A stretch of DNA of 64,000 nucleotides. It comes from a bacterium. GTDB taxonomy: Bacteria; RBG-13-61-14; DATKZS01. A program made the position numbers and the translations under genes. The notes under the pieces were generated by a model. It searched no databases and was not told the origin of the DNA. It was given only the letters and a program-made list of their open reading frames with translations. The stretch spans positions 128,001-192,000 of the forward strand of contig CAXXFL010000004.1 of assembly GCA_963674965.2 (NCBI GenBank), written 5' to 3'. The first letter of the stretch is position 1. Every line of letters begins with the position of its first letter. Of the stretch, positions 29,992-40,214 are shown in pieces.

Positions 29992-30669
29992 CTCGAAGCG
30001 GTGATAGTATTCCTTTCCCAATAACCTCATCACCACGCCCACCCATATCATGGGCTTTCTCGAGATAAGCATCTGGCTGGCGTGCGATCTGAGCGCCAGC
30101 ATCTTGACGGGGTATACCTTCCTGATATCCAGCGCGTGAGTCGGCTCCAAAAGGTCCCGGCCCAGCATAAGTTTCCCGATCCAGCGGGGGGCGGTCACCA
30201 TGAACAGGCGCTTTACTCCCGCGGCCCTGGCGGCCTCGGCCGCGGCCGCCGAGCAGGCCAGGTGATCGGGATGGCCCGTAATCCCGTCGGGACCGTAAGT
30301 TACGACCACGTCCGCTTTCCTCGACTTCATGAACTCCTCCAGCCTCGAGGCGAGTTCTCCCTTGGCAAGCCCGGACAGGCCCTGGTCCTCATAGTCCCAG
30401 ATGGCGGCCTCATCAACGCCCAGTATCGAGGTCGAGGCGTAGTATTCGCGCTCCCGCACTATGGTCTCCCGTTCCTCCGGCAGGCCGACCAGGGGAAGGG
30501 CCCCGCTCTTCCCGCCCTTGGTCAGGCAAAGGGACACGCGCCTTACATCGGGCGACCCCGCGTATAAGGCCAGGGTGGCCCCGGCGGCGAAGCTCTCGTC
30601 GTCGGGGTGAGGAAAGACGGTTACCAGGGTAAGTGGTTTTTCCAGGCCGGCTAATAGATCGCTATCCAT
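29986..30669 (-). CDS. PIG-L family deacetylase
   Basis: PHPDDE, LT.G, GITGHPDH, K..AL..HASQ. Confidence 0.88.
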   Translation of the reverse strand: MDSDLLAGLEKPLTLVTVFPHPDDESFAAGATLALYAGSPDVRRVSLCLTKGGKSGALPLVGLPEERETIVREREYYASTSILGVDEAAIWDYEDQGLSGLAKGELASRLEEFMKSRKADVVVTYGPDGITGHPDHLACSAAAAEAARAAGVKRLFMVTAPRWIGKLMLGRDLLEPTHALDIRKVYPVKMLALRSHASQMLISRKPMIWVGVVMRLLGKEYYHRFEL

Positions 30670-31975
30670 TGTCATCCTCCCGCGAGGATTGGTTCTTTTC
30701 CTTCTCTTTATCGTCTTCTTCCTCGCTGATTTCCTTTTCGCTCTCCTCCTCGTCGGGGTTATCGATACCCGAGCGGTCCAGGCCCTCTCCCACGGATTTG
30801 ATGTATTTGCCGTGGGCGCTTAAAAGGACCAGGCACGCTCCGGTGGGACAAAGGAAGCGGCACCAGAAACGTTTCACGAAAAGCGAGGAGAGCAATACGA
30901 CCAAGATGAAAGCCCAGGCCACCTTGGAGGTCGTCCTCCCAAAGAGGTGGCCGAACGGCTCGATCTCGGCGAAAGAGGAAAGGCCAAGCCCGAAGAAACC
31001 AACGACCGAGATGAAGAGCACCGCGAAACGAAGTTTCCTGGCCGCCAGGAAAAGGGAAGGCGAGACCTTCCACCGCCGGAAGCCCAGACGCGAGAGAAGC
31101 TCCTGAAGCGCGCCAAAGGGACATGCGTACCCGCACCAGACGGGGCCCCATATAATCGTGGTACCCACCACGAAGACGCAAAGCACCGCCGCGACCGCCG
31201 CGCCCGGCCCCGGGAAGTTACCCGACAATAACTGGAAGGAATGGAGCAGCGTGTAAGGCGTCATGGCGAAAAGACCGATGAGCAATATAGACGCCGTCCA
31301 GGCCGCCTCCTTTTTATACTTTTTCGGCCACCGCCCGAATCGGGCGTAAAGGGCCAGGGCCAGGGCCACCAGGACGGCGAGGACCTTGGGCCGGGTCAGG
31401 GACCGCCGCCAGGACGGGGTCTCGGGAGCGGCCACCTTGAGACCGAACAGCCTCGATCCAGCCAGAGCCGCCGCCGCGGCCACGTCGTCTCGAATGGCCT
31501 GGCTGGTTATGCTGGCGCCGGTGACGGTATCTATTTTATCGAAGCCATCCTTGACGTTGGCGTTCTTGAGGCGGGCCAGGAACCCGTCGCCGATGACCCT
31601 TTGCATGTACTCCGGGGTCTCGCGATGGTCGATCACCGTGACCGACTTGATATTGCCCTCCGAGTCGATTACCACCATCGAGCTTATCTGGTCCACGTAG
31701 CCCTTGACGGCGGGGTCAAGCTCCGCGGTCATGACCACCGCCGCCTCTTTCCCGTCCGCCGTCCCTAGATAATGGGGAATGGGAGAGTCCATCTTGACGG
31801 CGTCGATCTCGGCGGGGAACGCGTCTCGAAGCTCCGAGAGGGTCGGCTCGGCGCGGACTCCTTTTTCCTTGACAGCCAGGTTATACCTTACTATCAGGCC
31901 CAGGCCGATAATAAGGAGAATGGCCCCGACCGCCGTCCAGGCCCGATTTTTCCCGTCTCCTTTTTTGTCCTTCAT
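30662..31975 (-). CDS. FMN-binding + NosR/PceC-type 4Fe-4S membrane protein
   Basis: H.ETP, DTVTGASITS flavinylation motif, WCGYACPFGALQE, RFWCRFLCPTGA. Confidence 0.85.
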   Translation of the reverse strand: MKDKKGDGKNRAWTAVGAILLIIGLGLIVRYNLAVKEKGVRAEPTLSELRDAFPAEIDAVKMDSPIPHYLGTADGKEAAVVMTAELDPAVKGYVDQISSMVVIDSEGNIKSVTVIDHRETPEYMQRVIGDGFLARLKNANVKDGFDKIDTVTGASITSQAIRDDVAAAAALAGSRLFGLKVAAPETPSWRRSLTRPKVLAVLVALALALYARFGRWPKKYKKEAAWTASILLIGLFAMTPYTLLHSFQLLSGNFPGPGAAVAAVLCVFVVGTTIIWGPVWCGYACPFGALQELLSRLGFRRWKVSPSLFLAARKLRFAVLFISVVGFFGLGLSSFAEIEPFGHLFGRTTSKVAWAFILVVLLSSLFVKRFWCRFLCPTGACLVLLSAHGKYIKSVGEGLDRSGIDNPDEEESEKEISEEEDDKEKEKNQSSREDDNG

Positions 31976-31987
31976 CTCGCGCGGTCC

Positions 31988-34621
31988 TTACATCATGGAC
32001 AGAGGGTCGCGGTCGACCTCGACAAGCGTTCCCCCGGGAGGCGCCTTGCCCGCGTACCTCTCGAGTACGACCCTTAAAAAGGCGCCCATGCAGGCGGGGG
32101 AGTCCGCCTTGACCAGCGCCATCCACCTGGACTTCCCCCTGATCCGGGCGATGGGCGCGGGGGCCGGGCCGAGGACTTTGGTCTTGCCGGAAAATGCCTT
32201 GAGACCGGCCGCGCTTTTGGCGGCCCGGCCCAAAAGCTGGGCCGCCCGCTTGGCCGCCTCGGGGCTTCGGCCGGAAATCCTGATATTCGCGAGCCTGCAA
32301 AAGGGAGGATATAGCATGGCCTTCCTGATCTCCATCTCCCGAGCGTAAAAGCCCTCGTAGTCCTGGCTCACGGCGTGGACTATGGCGTAGTTATCGGGCT
32401 GGAACGTCTGGATGATCACGCGTCCGGGTTTCTCGCCCCTTCCGGCCCGGCCAGCCACCTGGGTCAGGGTCTGGAAGGTCCTTTCCGCCGCCCGGAAGTC
32501 GGGCATGTTAAGGCTCAGGTCCGCCAGGATTACGCCCACCAGGGTCACTCCCGGAAAGTCGTGACCCTTGGCCACCATCTGGGTGCCGATCACTATATCC
32601 ACCCGGCCCCTCGAGACGCGGTCGAGACAGTCGAACCAGCTTTCCTTGCCGGACATCGAGTCCGAGTCCATCCGCAGTATACGGGCCCCGGGAAACTCCA
32701 CGGATATGGTCTTTTCCATAAGCTCCGTGCCCGTGCCCAGGGCCGCGGTCCTTACGCCCCTGCAGGAAGGGCACACCTCGGGGACGTCCATATGGTAGCC
32801 GCAGTAATGGCATAAGAGGTATCCGTCCCGGCCTGGCTCGCCGTAAAAGGAATCCACCTTGGCCGCGGAGCGCGACTCGTGATGGACAAGGGACACCTCG
32901 CAATTGGGACAGACCAGCCTCGAGCCGCAATCGAGACAAAGCAAAAAGGACGACACGCCGCGCCGGTTGAGAAAGAGTATGGTCTGATCGCCGGCCTCGA
33001 GGTTCTCGGCCAGGGCCTTCCGAAGGCGGTCGGATATGAGGGCGGAACCTATCAGCTTGTCCCTTTCCTTGACCCGGTCCAGGGCGCCGCTCGAGTCCCG
33101 GTCGCCATCGTCTTCCTCCTCCGCCGGTTTTCCTCCCGACCTCATGTCCACTATCTCGACCTCGGGAAGCGGCCTCGAGTCAACCCTTTTATCCAGCACG
33201 GCGCGCTTGTGGCCGCCCTCGATTCCGCTCCGGAAGCGGGCCTCGAGGGAAGGCGTGGCCGAGCCCAGGACCGCCACCGCCCCTTCCCGCTTGGCCCGCA
33301 TCAGGGCCAGGTCCCGGCCGTTGTACATGAAGCCGCGGTCCTGCTTATAGGCGGACTCCTGCTCCTCGTCCACCACGATGACGCCCAGGTCGGCGGCGGG
33401 CGCGAAGACGGCGGAGCGGGCCCCGATCACCACCCTGGCCTCGCCTCTTTTTATTCGCCACCACTCGTCGTGTCGCTCACCCGGCCCGAGGCCACTGTGG
33501 AGGACGGCTATCTTGTCGGCCGGAAAGCGCTGGGTAAACCGGCAAATAAGCTGCGGGGTAAGGGCTATCTCCGGGGCAAGAAGTATCGAGCCGAGACCCT
33601 TTTTAAAGGCCGCCTCGATCAGCCTCAAGTAAACCTCGGTCTTGCCCGAGCCGGTCACTCCCTGGAGGAGGAAGGAGGTGAACTCGCGCCGGCCGAGGGC
33701 TTTAATGAACTCCCCGGCCGCCTTTTCCTGGCCGGGCATGAGCTTTTCCGGAGGCGGAGACATCTGGAGTGGCCGGGAGAAGGGGTCCCTCCGAACGGGA
33801 ACGTCCTCGACGGTCACGGTACCGTCCGCCGTCAGGGGCCTTATCAGTCGGCCGGGGTCTTTGAATGACTCCTTCAGCGCCGAGAAGGAGGTGGGACCGT
33901 TTTGCCCGAGATAGTCCAATAGCCTGGCCCGCTCGGGGGCACGGCGGCGGAGCTTTTTCATCTCCTCTCCCGGGGGTCTGGCCGCGAGACTGACTTCCTT
34001 TTCGGTTTTTTCCCTGACCCGGGGGCCTCCCATCTTTTGAAGACGCTCGATATACCCGGCTTTGACGAGCCGGGCCACTCTCGATTCCGGGATGGAGCCA
34101 AGGGAGCTGCTGAGGTCGTCGGGCAAGGCCTCGCCCGTCTCGGCCAGATATTCGAGAAGTTTTAAGTCGTCCCCTTTTAGGGAGGACGCGTTTTTATGTC
34201 CTTCTTCCCGCCCCTTGGGTTTTAAAATGGCGCTTTGGCCCTTGTCGGTAATGGCCAGCACTCCCTTGGATTTGAGGTTGATGCCCGAAGGCAGGGCCGT
34301 CTTGATGACCTCGGCCAGGGGGCAAAGGTAATAGGAGGAGGCCCACTTGAAAATCTCGAGCATGGTTTCATTGAAAAGAGGGGTTGAGTCTAAAACTTCT
34401 ATGACGGGCCTTAGCTTGTCCTGAGGGACCTCGGATGCATCGGGGAAACCGACCGCGTAGCCGGTGACCTTTCTTTTTCCGAGAGGCACGACGACCCTCA
34501 TTCCCTTTTGCAGGAAAGGGAAATCCCCGTAGGGAAAAAGATAGGTCAGGGTCCCCTCGATGCGGGCGTCCACCGCCACTTCCACCATGCGAGGATCGTT
34601 TGGGCCAGATACGGGTTCCAT
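31988..34621 (-). CDS. priA: Primosomal protein N'
   Basis: GVTGSGKTEVY, PEIALTPQ, GARSA, DEEQ, GSATPS, four CxxC, GTQMVAKG, QVAGRAGR. Confidence 0.97.
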   Translation of the reverse strand: MEPVSGPNDPRMVEVAVDARIEGTLTYLFPYGDFPFLQKGMRVVVPLGKRKVTGYAVGFPDASEVPQDKLRPVIEVLDSTPLFNETMLEIFKWASSYYLCPLAEVIKTALPSGINLKSKGVLAITDKGQSAILKPKGREEGHKNASSLKGDDLKLLEYLAETGEALPDDLSSSLGSIPESRVARLVKAGYIERLQKMGGPRVREKTEKEVSLAARPPGEEMKKLRRRAPERARLLDYLGQNGPTSFSALKESFKDPGRLIRPLTADGTVTVEDVPVRRDPFSRPLQMSPPPEKLMPGQEKAAGEFIKALGRREFTSFLLQGVTGSGKTEVYLRLIEAAFKKGLGSILLAPEIALTPQLICRFTQRFPADKIAVLHSGLGPGERHDEWWRIKRGEARVVIGARSAVFAPAADLGVIVVDEEQESAYKQDRGFMYNGRDLALMRAKREGAVAVLGSATPSLEARFRSGIEGGHKRAVLDKRVDSRPLPEVEIVDMRSGGKPAEEEDDGDRDSSGALDRVKERDKLIGSALISDRLRKALAENLEAGDQTILFLNRRGVSSFLLCLDCGSRLVCPNCEVSLVHHESRSAAKVDSFYGEPGRDGYLLCHYCGYHMDVPEVCPSCRGVRTAALGTGTELMEKTISVEFPGARILRMDSDSMSGKESWFDCLDRVSRGRVDIVIGTQMVAKGHDFPGVTLVGVILADLSLNMPDFRAAERTFQTLTQVAGRAGRGEKPGRVIIQTFQPDNYAIVHAVSQDYEGFYAREMEIRKAMLYPPFCRLANIRISGRSPEAAKRAAQLLGRAAKSAAGLKAFSGKTKVLGPAPAPIARIRGKSRWMALVKADSPACMGAFLRVVLERYAGKAPPGGTLVEVDRDPLSMM

Positions 34622-35063
34622 AAAAAATACCTGGTCGCCTATTGTATTACGAAAAGCTCATTTTGTGTAAGCCGGGCGAACGATCGAGAAGCCCCCACAA
34701 GGGCAAGACATTAATATATAATTATATCAATGCTTTGCGAATAATTATTCCGTAATAAGTTTTCCTTTTGTCTTGGGCCTGTGGCCTTGCTCGTTTGCTT
34801 TTCCCAAATGACGGCCATGGCGGAGTCGCATAATCAAGCGATCGAAAAAAAACGCGATTTGTCTTTTCGTTGTTTTGGAACATTTGACTAATCAAGGTTG
34901 TCGGAATATTCTGTTGTTTCACTAACATATCTTGATCCGGGAGGGGGCGGGCCCTAGTGTATTAGACCGGTAATTTTATTAAAACAGTAATTATTTTTAA
35001 ACGCTTAAATGGACGGGACTCCTTTGGCCTTCCGTCCGAAAAATTAATTCAGAGGCGATAAAG

Positions 35064-36104
35064 ATGATTGAGGTAGAAGGAATCAGCAAGAGTTTCGGCG
35101 TGGTCAAGGCGGTTGACGACGTCAGCTTCAAGGTGGGCAAAGGGGAGGTCGTGGGTTTCGTTGGTCCCAACGGCGCCGGCAAGAGCACGGTGATGAGGAT
35201 ACTGACCTGCTACCTTCCGCCCGACGCGGGGGAAGCGAAGATAGCGGGCCTCGACGTTTTCGACGACTCGCTCGAGGTCCGAAGCAAAATCGGCTACCTG
35301 CCCGAGAACGCCCCCCTTTACCTGGACATGGAAGTGGACGACTTCCTGGACTACGTGGCCTCCATCCGGGGCATGAAAGGCCAGGAAAAGACCGAGGCCA
35401 TCGGGAGGGTGATAGCGCAAACGGGCCTGGCCGACGTCCTGAAAAAAAGGATCGGCGAGCTCAGCAAGGGCTACCGCCAAAGGGTGGGACTGGCCCAGGC
35501 GCTTATCCACGACCCGGAGATACTCATCCTCGACGAGCCGACCTCGGGTCTTGACCCCATCCAGATCAAGAACTTCAGGGGCATGATCCGGGACCTGGCC
35601 AAGGACAAGACCATCATCCTCTCCACCCACATCCTGTCCGAGGTCGAGGCCGCCTGCGAGAGCGTGATCATGATAAACCGCGGCAGGATCGTGGCCCGGG
35701 GCAACGTCGAGTCCCTCAAAAGTAAAAGCGCCCGGAGGAATTTTCACCTCATGCTGGCCCGGGGCCCTCGCGAGAAGATCGAGAGCTCCCTCAAGACCCT
35801 CGACGACGTCAAGGGATTTACCCTGCTCGGCGAGGAGAGCGGGCTCCTGCGCTATGAGGTCGAGGCCCGGGACGGCGTAGCTTTAGGAGAGCAGCTTTAC
35901 AGGTTGGCGGCGGACGGCCAGTTCTCCCTGGCCGAACTGAAAAGGGACGAGGTGGACCTGGAGGGCGTTTTCGCCGAGCTGGTGGCCGGAGACGAGGAAT
36001 TCCTGGCCCAGCGCCGCAAAGAGCGGGAGCTGGCCGAGGCCGAGGAGAATGAGGTGGGATCGGACGGCGATGAAGACGAAGAGGAGGAGACCGATGAGGA
36101 TTGA
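35064..36104 (+). CDS. ABC ATPase, GldA-like
   Basis: GPNGAGKST, GYLPE, LSKGYRQRVG, ILDEPT, STH; acidic C-tail. Confidence 0.92.
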   Translation: MIEVEGISKSFGVVKAVDDVSFKVGKGEVVGFVGPNGAGKSTVMRILTCYLPPDAGEAKIAGLDVFDDSLEVRSKIGYLPENAPLYLDMEVDDFLDYVASIRGMKGQEKTEAIGRVIAQTGLADVLKKRIGELSKGYRQRVGLAQALIHDPEILILDEPTSGLDPIQIKNFRGMIRDLAKDKTIILSTHILSEVEAACESVIMINRGRIVARGNVESLKSKSARRNFHLMLARGPREKIESSLKTLDDVKGFTLLGEESGLLRYEVEARDGVALGEQLYRLAADGQFSLAELKRDEVDLEGVFAELVAGDEEFLAQRRKERELAEAEENEVGSDGDEDEEEETDED

Positions 36105-36149
36105 CGGCGGTCCGAGCGGCAATTCGGTTGTCCGGGAGGTACGGGCAAG

Positions 36150-36872
36150 ATGATTCGAGTCTGGGCGATTTTCAAAAGAGAGTTCATGGGGTATTTCAAC
36201 TCCCTGGTGGCCTACTTTTTCCTTGTCCTTTTCTTCCTGGCCGTGAACATGATTTTTATCCGGCTCAGCTTCTTCCAGACGCGGGTGGCGAACATGAAGG
36301 ACTACTTCGAGTTCTTCAAGATGGCCATGTGGCTTTTCCTTCCCGCGATCACCATGAAGATGTGGGCCGAGGAGAAGAAGATGGGGACCCTCGAGTTGCT
36401 CATGACCATGCCGGTCAAGGACGGCGAGGCCGTTTTAGGCAAGTTCATGGCCAGCCTGGGCTTTCTGGCCCTGGCCCTTGTCCTTTCCTTCTTGACCATA
36501 CCCGTGGCCATCGAGATGGCTGGAGATCCCGACTGGGGACCCATAATCGGCGGATACCTGGGACTGTTACTGCTGGGGGCGACCCTTATCTCCATCGGAC
36601 TGGCCATCTCCAGCATGACCGAGAACCAGTTCATAGCCTTCATCCTGACCAGCATCATCACGCTGGTCCTCATGGCCTGCTATGAGCTCAGCCAGCTTAC
36701 GCCTCTTCCCTCCTGGTTGTCCACCTTTATCATGTTCATCGACGCGGGCGAGCATTACACTAACTTCTCGAGGGGCATCATAGACAGCCGCGACCTGATT
36801 TATTATCTGTCGATCATCGGGCTAGCCCTTTTCCTTAATTACCGGGCCGTGACCAGCCGGCGGTGGAAGTGA
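36150..36872 (+). CDS. ABC-2 permease, GldF-like
   Basis: KREF.GYF.S, PAITM..WAEEK..GTLELL.T.P, ENQ..A, G..D.RD..YY. Confidence 0.9.
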   Translation: MIRVWAIFKREFMGYFNSLVAYFFLVLFFLAVNMIFIRLSFFQTRVANMKDYFEFFKMAMWLFLPAITMKMWAEEKKMGTLELLMTMPVKDGEAVLGKFMASLGFLALALVLSFLTIPVAIEMAGDPDWGPIIGGYLGLLLLGATLISIGLAISSMTENQFIAFILTSIITLVLMACYELSQLTPLPSWLSTFIMFIDAGEHYTNFSRGIIDSRDLIYYLSIIGLALFLNYRAVTSRRWK

Positions 36873-36885
36873 GGGGGGAATAGTT

Positions 36886-38532
36886 ATGGCTCATAAAAAA
36901 AGCGTGGCTTATAACACCGGGTCGCTCATTTTGCTCGTGGCGGTAATCGGGGCCGTCTTCGTGGTTAACTTTCTTTCCGACAAGGGATTTACCCGGATCG
37001 ACCTTACCCGCAACAAGCAATTCACCTTGAGCGACTCGACCAAGAAACTGCTCAAGGACCTGCCCGACATCGTAAACGTAAGGGCGGTTTACAGCTCGAA
37101 TATACCGGCGCCCTGGAACCAGGTCACGGGAGAGGTCCAGGACCTTTTGCGCGAGTATAAAGCCAACGGCAAGGGCAAGTTCGTTCTCAAGATGGAGGAC
37201 CCGGTGGGCGACGCCGAGCTTCAGGAAGACCTGGGCAAGATCGGCATAAACCCCGTGGCCCTTCCCGTAAGAGGGCTTGACCAGGCCTCGACCATAAAAA
37301 TCTGGGCCGCCATCTATATTCAATACAGGGACAAGTCCGAGACCATTCCCTACGCCTTCTCGACCGAGACCCTCGAGTACGACCTGACCACGGCCATCGA
37401 CCGGCTGACCTCGAACGAGCTGGTCGAGGTCGGCCTGTACAACGCCGACGGCCCTCAGCGCAACCTTATGGATGAATTCGGGACCCTGACCGACGCCCTC
37501 AAAAAGAGCTACCAGGTGGTCGAGGTCCCGAATGAAGAGGGCAAGATCGGCGACGCGGTCAAGGTGCTGCTGGTTATAAGCCCCTTCGGCGCGACCGACG
37601 TGGACCTCTACAATATCGACCAGTTCATCATGCGGGGCGGCAAGGCCATCTTCCTGGTGGACGGCGCCAGGGTCATCCTTCAGCCCGGCCAGTTCGGCAC
37701 GCCCATGCCCTTTTACGCCATGGCCATGAACGAGCAAATGGACTCGATAGGCGGAATGCTCCAGCATTATGGAGTAAAACGCAACTACGACCTGGTCCAG
37801 GACAAGCCCTTCATGGACTACCCGGTTCTGGGCCCGCTTGGCCGCGAGTACCCGCTTTTTCCGGTCATCGAGCTGACGGGAGAGGGCAAGGAGGAAAACC
37901 CCATTACCCAGGGGCTGGACTTCCTGGTCTTCACCTGGGCCAGCTCGCTTGACGTATCGGGCGCTCCCGACTCGGTCAAGGTCACCAGGCTGGCGGTCAC
38001 CTCCAAGGACTCCTGGATACAGGCGGGCCAGCAGCTCATGGTCGATCCCATGACCGAGGCCATGCCCCCCCTCCCGATCGGGGGAATGGGCCCGGCGAAA
38101 AGGGACCTGGCCGTCCTGCTCTCGGGCAAGTTCAAGAGCTATTTCGAGGGCAAACCCGCGCCCACGCCGGAGGAGGGCGACTCGGTGGCCCCTCCCGACC
38201 AGTCGGCCAGAAGCGACGAGAGCCCGGAAACGGACGTCATGGTGGTGGGCTGCTCCCAGTTCGTGTCCAACAACGTGCCCATCGACGTCTCGCATAACGT
38301 CGGATTCATCGTCAGCGCCGTCGATTGGATGGCCGGCGGCAAGAAGCTGTCGGACATCAGGAAACGCAACGTGAGCGCCAAGCCCATCGACGACCTGACC
38401 ATTGGCAAGGCCGTCATGATCGGCCTGGTGATGCCCCTTCTCGCCCCGGCCCTGGTGGTGGTCTTCGGCCTGGCCAGGTACGGAGTAAGAATGGGAAGAC
38501 AGAAAAAATTCCTGGAGAGCGTCGAGCCATGA
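36886..38532 (+). CDS. GldG-like ABC auxiliary protein
   Basis: RIDLT....TLS.ST, LL.EY, EYDLT, IDQFIMRGG, VDW, C-terminal TM. Confidence 0.88.
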   Translation: MAHKKSVAYNTGSLILLVAVIGAVFVVNFLSDKGFTRIDLTRNKQFTLSDSTKKLLKDLPDIVNVRAVYSSNIPAPWNQVTGEVQDLLREYKANGKGKFVLKMEDPVGDAELQEDLGKIGINPVALPVRGLDQASTIKIWAAIYIQYRDKSETIPYAFSTETLEYDLTTAIDRLTSNELVEVGLYNADGPQRNLMDEFGTLTDALKKSYQVVEVPNEEGKIGDAVKVLLVISPFGATDVDLYNIDQFIMRGGKAIFLVDGARVILQPGQFGTPMPFYAMAMNEQMDSIGGMLQHYGVKRNYDLVQDKPFMDYPVLGPLGREYPLFPVIELTGEGKEENPITQGLDFLVFTWASSLDVSGAPDSVKVTRLAVTSKDSWIQAGQQLMVDPMTEAMPPLPIGGMGPAKRDLAVLLSGKFKSYFEGKPAPTPEEGDSVAPPDQSARSDESPETDVMVVGCSQFVSNNVPIDVSHNVGFIVSAVDWMAGGKKLSDIRKRNVSAKPIDDLTIGKAVMIGLVMPLLAPALVVVFGLARYGVRMGRQKKFLESVEP

Positions 38533-39599
38533 AACCGAAAAACGCGATAATCCTGTTGGCCATCGTGGCGGCCCTGATCGGGGCCATCGCGATCTACGAG
38601 TTGGGCATAAAGCCCTCGGGCGAGGAAAAGGAGAAAAAGGACCTCTTACTGTTCCCGGACCTTGACCTCGAGTCGGCGGACGCGATCGAGATCAAGTCGG
38701 GCGACACGGCCGTCACCCTGGTCAAGGCGGGCGACACGGCCTGGGCCATCCAGGGCGACGGGTTTAACGCCGACCCCGACGCGGTGCAAAAGGCCCTGGA
38801 CAAGCTTAAGGAATTGAAGGCCGCCAACGTGACCTCCCGCTCCAAGGACAGCCACGCCGATCTCGGGGTGGACGAGAAGGGGACCCAGGTCAAGGCCAAG
38901 GCCGGCGACAAGACCCTGGCCGCCCTGGTGGTGGGAGAGCAGGGAACGAGCTACGCCACGAGCTTCGTAAGGAAGCTCGACTCCGATGACGTCTACATGA
39001 TCTACGACAACGTAAAGAACGTCTTTACGGCGAAGCCCGAGACCTGGCGCGACAAAAGGATATTCGGGGCCGAGCTTGACGAGGTGGTCGAGATCACCCT
39101 CTACCAGAGGCCGGAAAGCCAGGAAGGCGACACGGGAGCGGCCGCCGCTGACGGCGACACGGCCGAGAAGGGGCCCGCCGACTACGTCGAGTCCCATTTC
39201 AAGAAGAACGACAAGGACGAGTGGGTCAAGGTCGAGGAGGGGACGACCGCGGAAACGGCTTTCCCCGAAGCGGACTCGATCGCCCGGGCCCTCGCCACCA
39301 TGCGCGCCTCGGGGTTTGACGACAAGATCGGCTTGAAGGACGCCGGACTCGATCCCCCCTCCAAGAAGGCCGCGTTCAAATTAAAGGACGGAAGGACCTA
39401 CGCCCTGCACGTGGGCAAGGAGGAGGAGTCGAAATATTTCGTCAGCCGGCCGGACAAGGGCAAGGTGCTTTTAGTCTACCGCTATAACGTAAGCAACGCC
39501 TTCAAGGACAAAAAGGAGGAGAAAAAGGAGGCTCCCGGCATGGGTTTCGATCCCGGCTCGCTCCTCCCCCCTCCATCTTTGGGACCGGAAAACGAATAA
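38529..39599 (+). CDS. DUF4340 domain protein
   Basis: ATGA overlap with the gldG-like gene, N-terminal TM, repeated domains, WRDK, GLDPP. Confidence 0.8.
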   Translation: MKPKNAIILLAIVAALIGAIAIYELGIKPSGEEKEKKDLLLFPDLDLESADAIEIKSGDTAVTLVKAGDTAWAIQGDGFNADPDAVQKALDKLKELKAANVTSRSKDSHADLGVDEKGTQVKAKAGDKTLAALVVGEQGTSYATSFVRKLDSDDVYMIYDNVKNVFTAKPETWRDKRIFGAELDEVVEITLYQRPESQEGDTGAAAADGDTAEKGPADYVESHFKKNDKDEWVKVEEGTTAETAFPEADSIARALATMRASGFDDKIGLKDAGLDPPSKKAAFKLKDGRTYALHVGKEEESKYFVSRPDKGKVLLVYRYNVSNAFKDKKEEKKEAPGMGFDPGSLLPPPSLGPENE

Positions 39600-39616
39600 C
39601 CCCTTCCCGCCAAACC

Positions 39617-39656
39617 ACGCGCCTGGATCCGACGCAAAAAGGCCCAGGCGCGTTTT
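39617..39656 (+). terminator. Probable intrinsic terminator of the Gld-type operon
   Basis: ACGCGCCTGG...CCAGGCGCGT followed by a short T run. Confidence 0.5.
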
Positions 39657-39749
39657 ACATTATCATGGATTGCCCTGGCCGTTGCATAAACTTGGAGCCT
39701 GGTCTACCCTCATGGGCAAATATTCATTTTAGCAAAAAGGAGTGGCGCC

Positions 39750-40214
39750 ATGCCAAGGGTGGATATCGATCGGGAGTCGCCCGATTTCGCGATCCCCGAC
39801 CATGAGGGACGGGAAGTAAGGCTTTCCGATTTTCGGGGCCGGCCCGTGGTAATAATCTTCAATCGGGGCTTTGTCTGACCCTTCTGCCGCAGGCACATGG
39901 CGCAGTTGCGCCAAGACAAGGACAAGTTCGAGGAGCGCGGGGCCCAGGTCATCGCCATCGGTCCGGAGAAGCCCCGGGACTTCGCCAAGTTCTGGGTCTC
40001 CCACGACATGCCCTTTATTGGCGTCCCCGACCCGGAACACAAGGTGGCCGACCTTTTCGGGCAGGAGTTCAAGCTGTTCAAACTCGGCCGCATGCCCGCC
40101 CAGGTGGTGGTGGATAAAAAGGGAATCATCCGCTTCGCCCATTACGGATCATCCATGGCCGACGTCCCCGAGAACAAGGAGATTCTAGAGATCATCGACC
40201 AAATGGAGGATTAG
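39750..40214 (+). CDS. Selenocysteine-containing peroxiredoxin-like (AhpC/TSA) protein, 154 aa, Sec43 in UxxC
   Basis: AAGGAG RBS, ATG 39750, MPRVDIDRESPDFAIPDHEGREVRLSDFRGRPVVIIFNRGFV-TGA(39876)-PFCRRHMAQL... in frame with ORF 39897..40214; downstream hairpin. Confidence 0.9.
39898..39913 (+). promoter_or_regulatory. Putative bacterial SECIS hairpin
   Basis: TGGCGCA-GT-TGCGCCA perfect stem beginning 19 nt after the UGA, GU in the apical loop. Confidence 0.7.

Noticed and set aside
39876-39878. Interpreting the TGA as a nonsense mutation (pseudogene)
   Set aside because: It falls exactly on the redox-active position and is followed by a SECIS-like stem, so recoding is more parsimonious.
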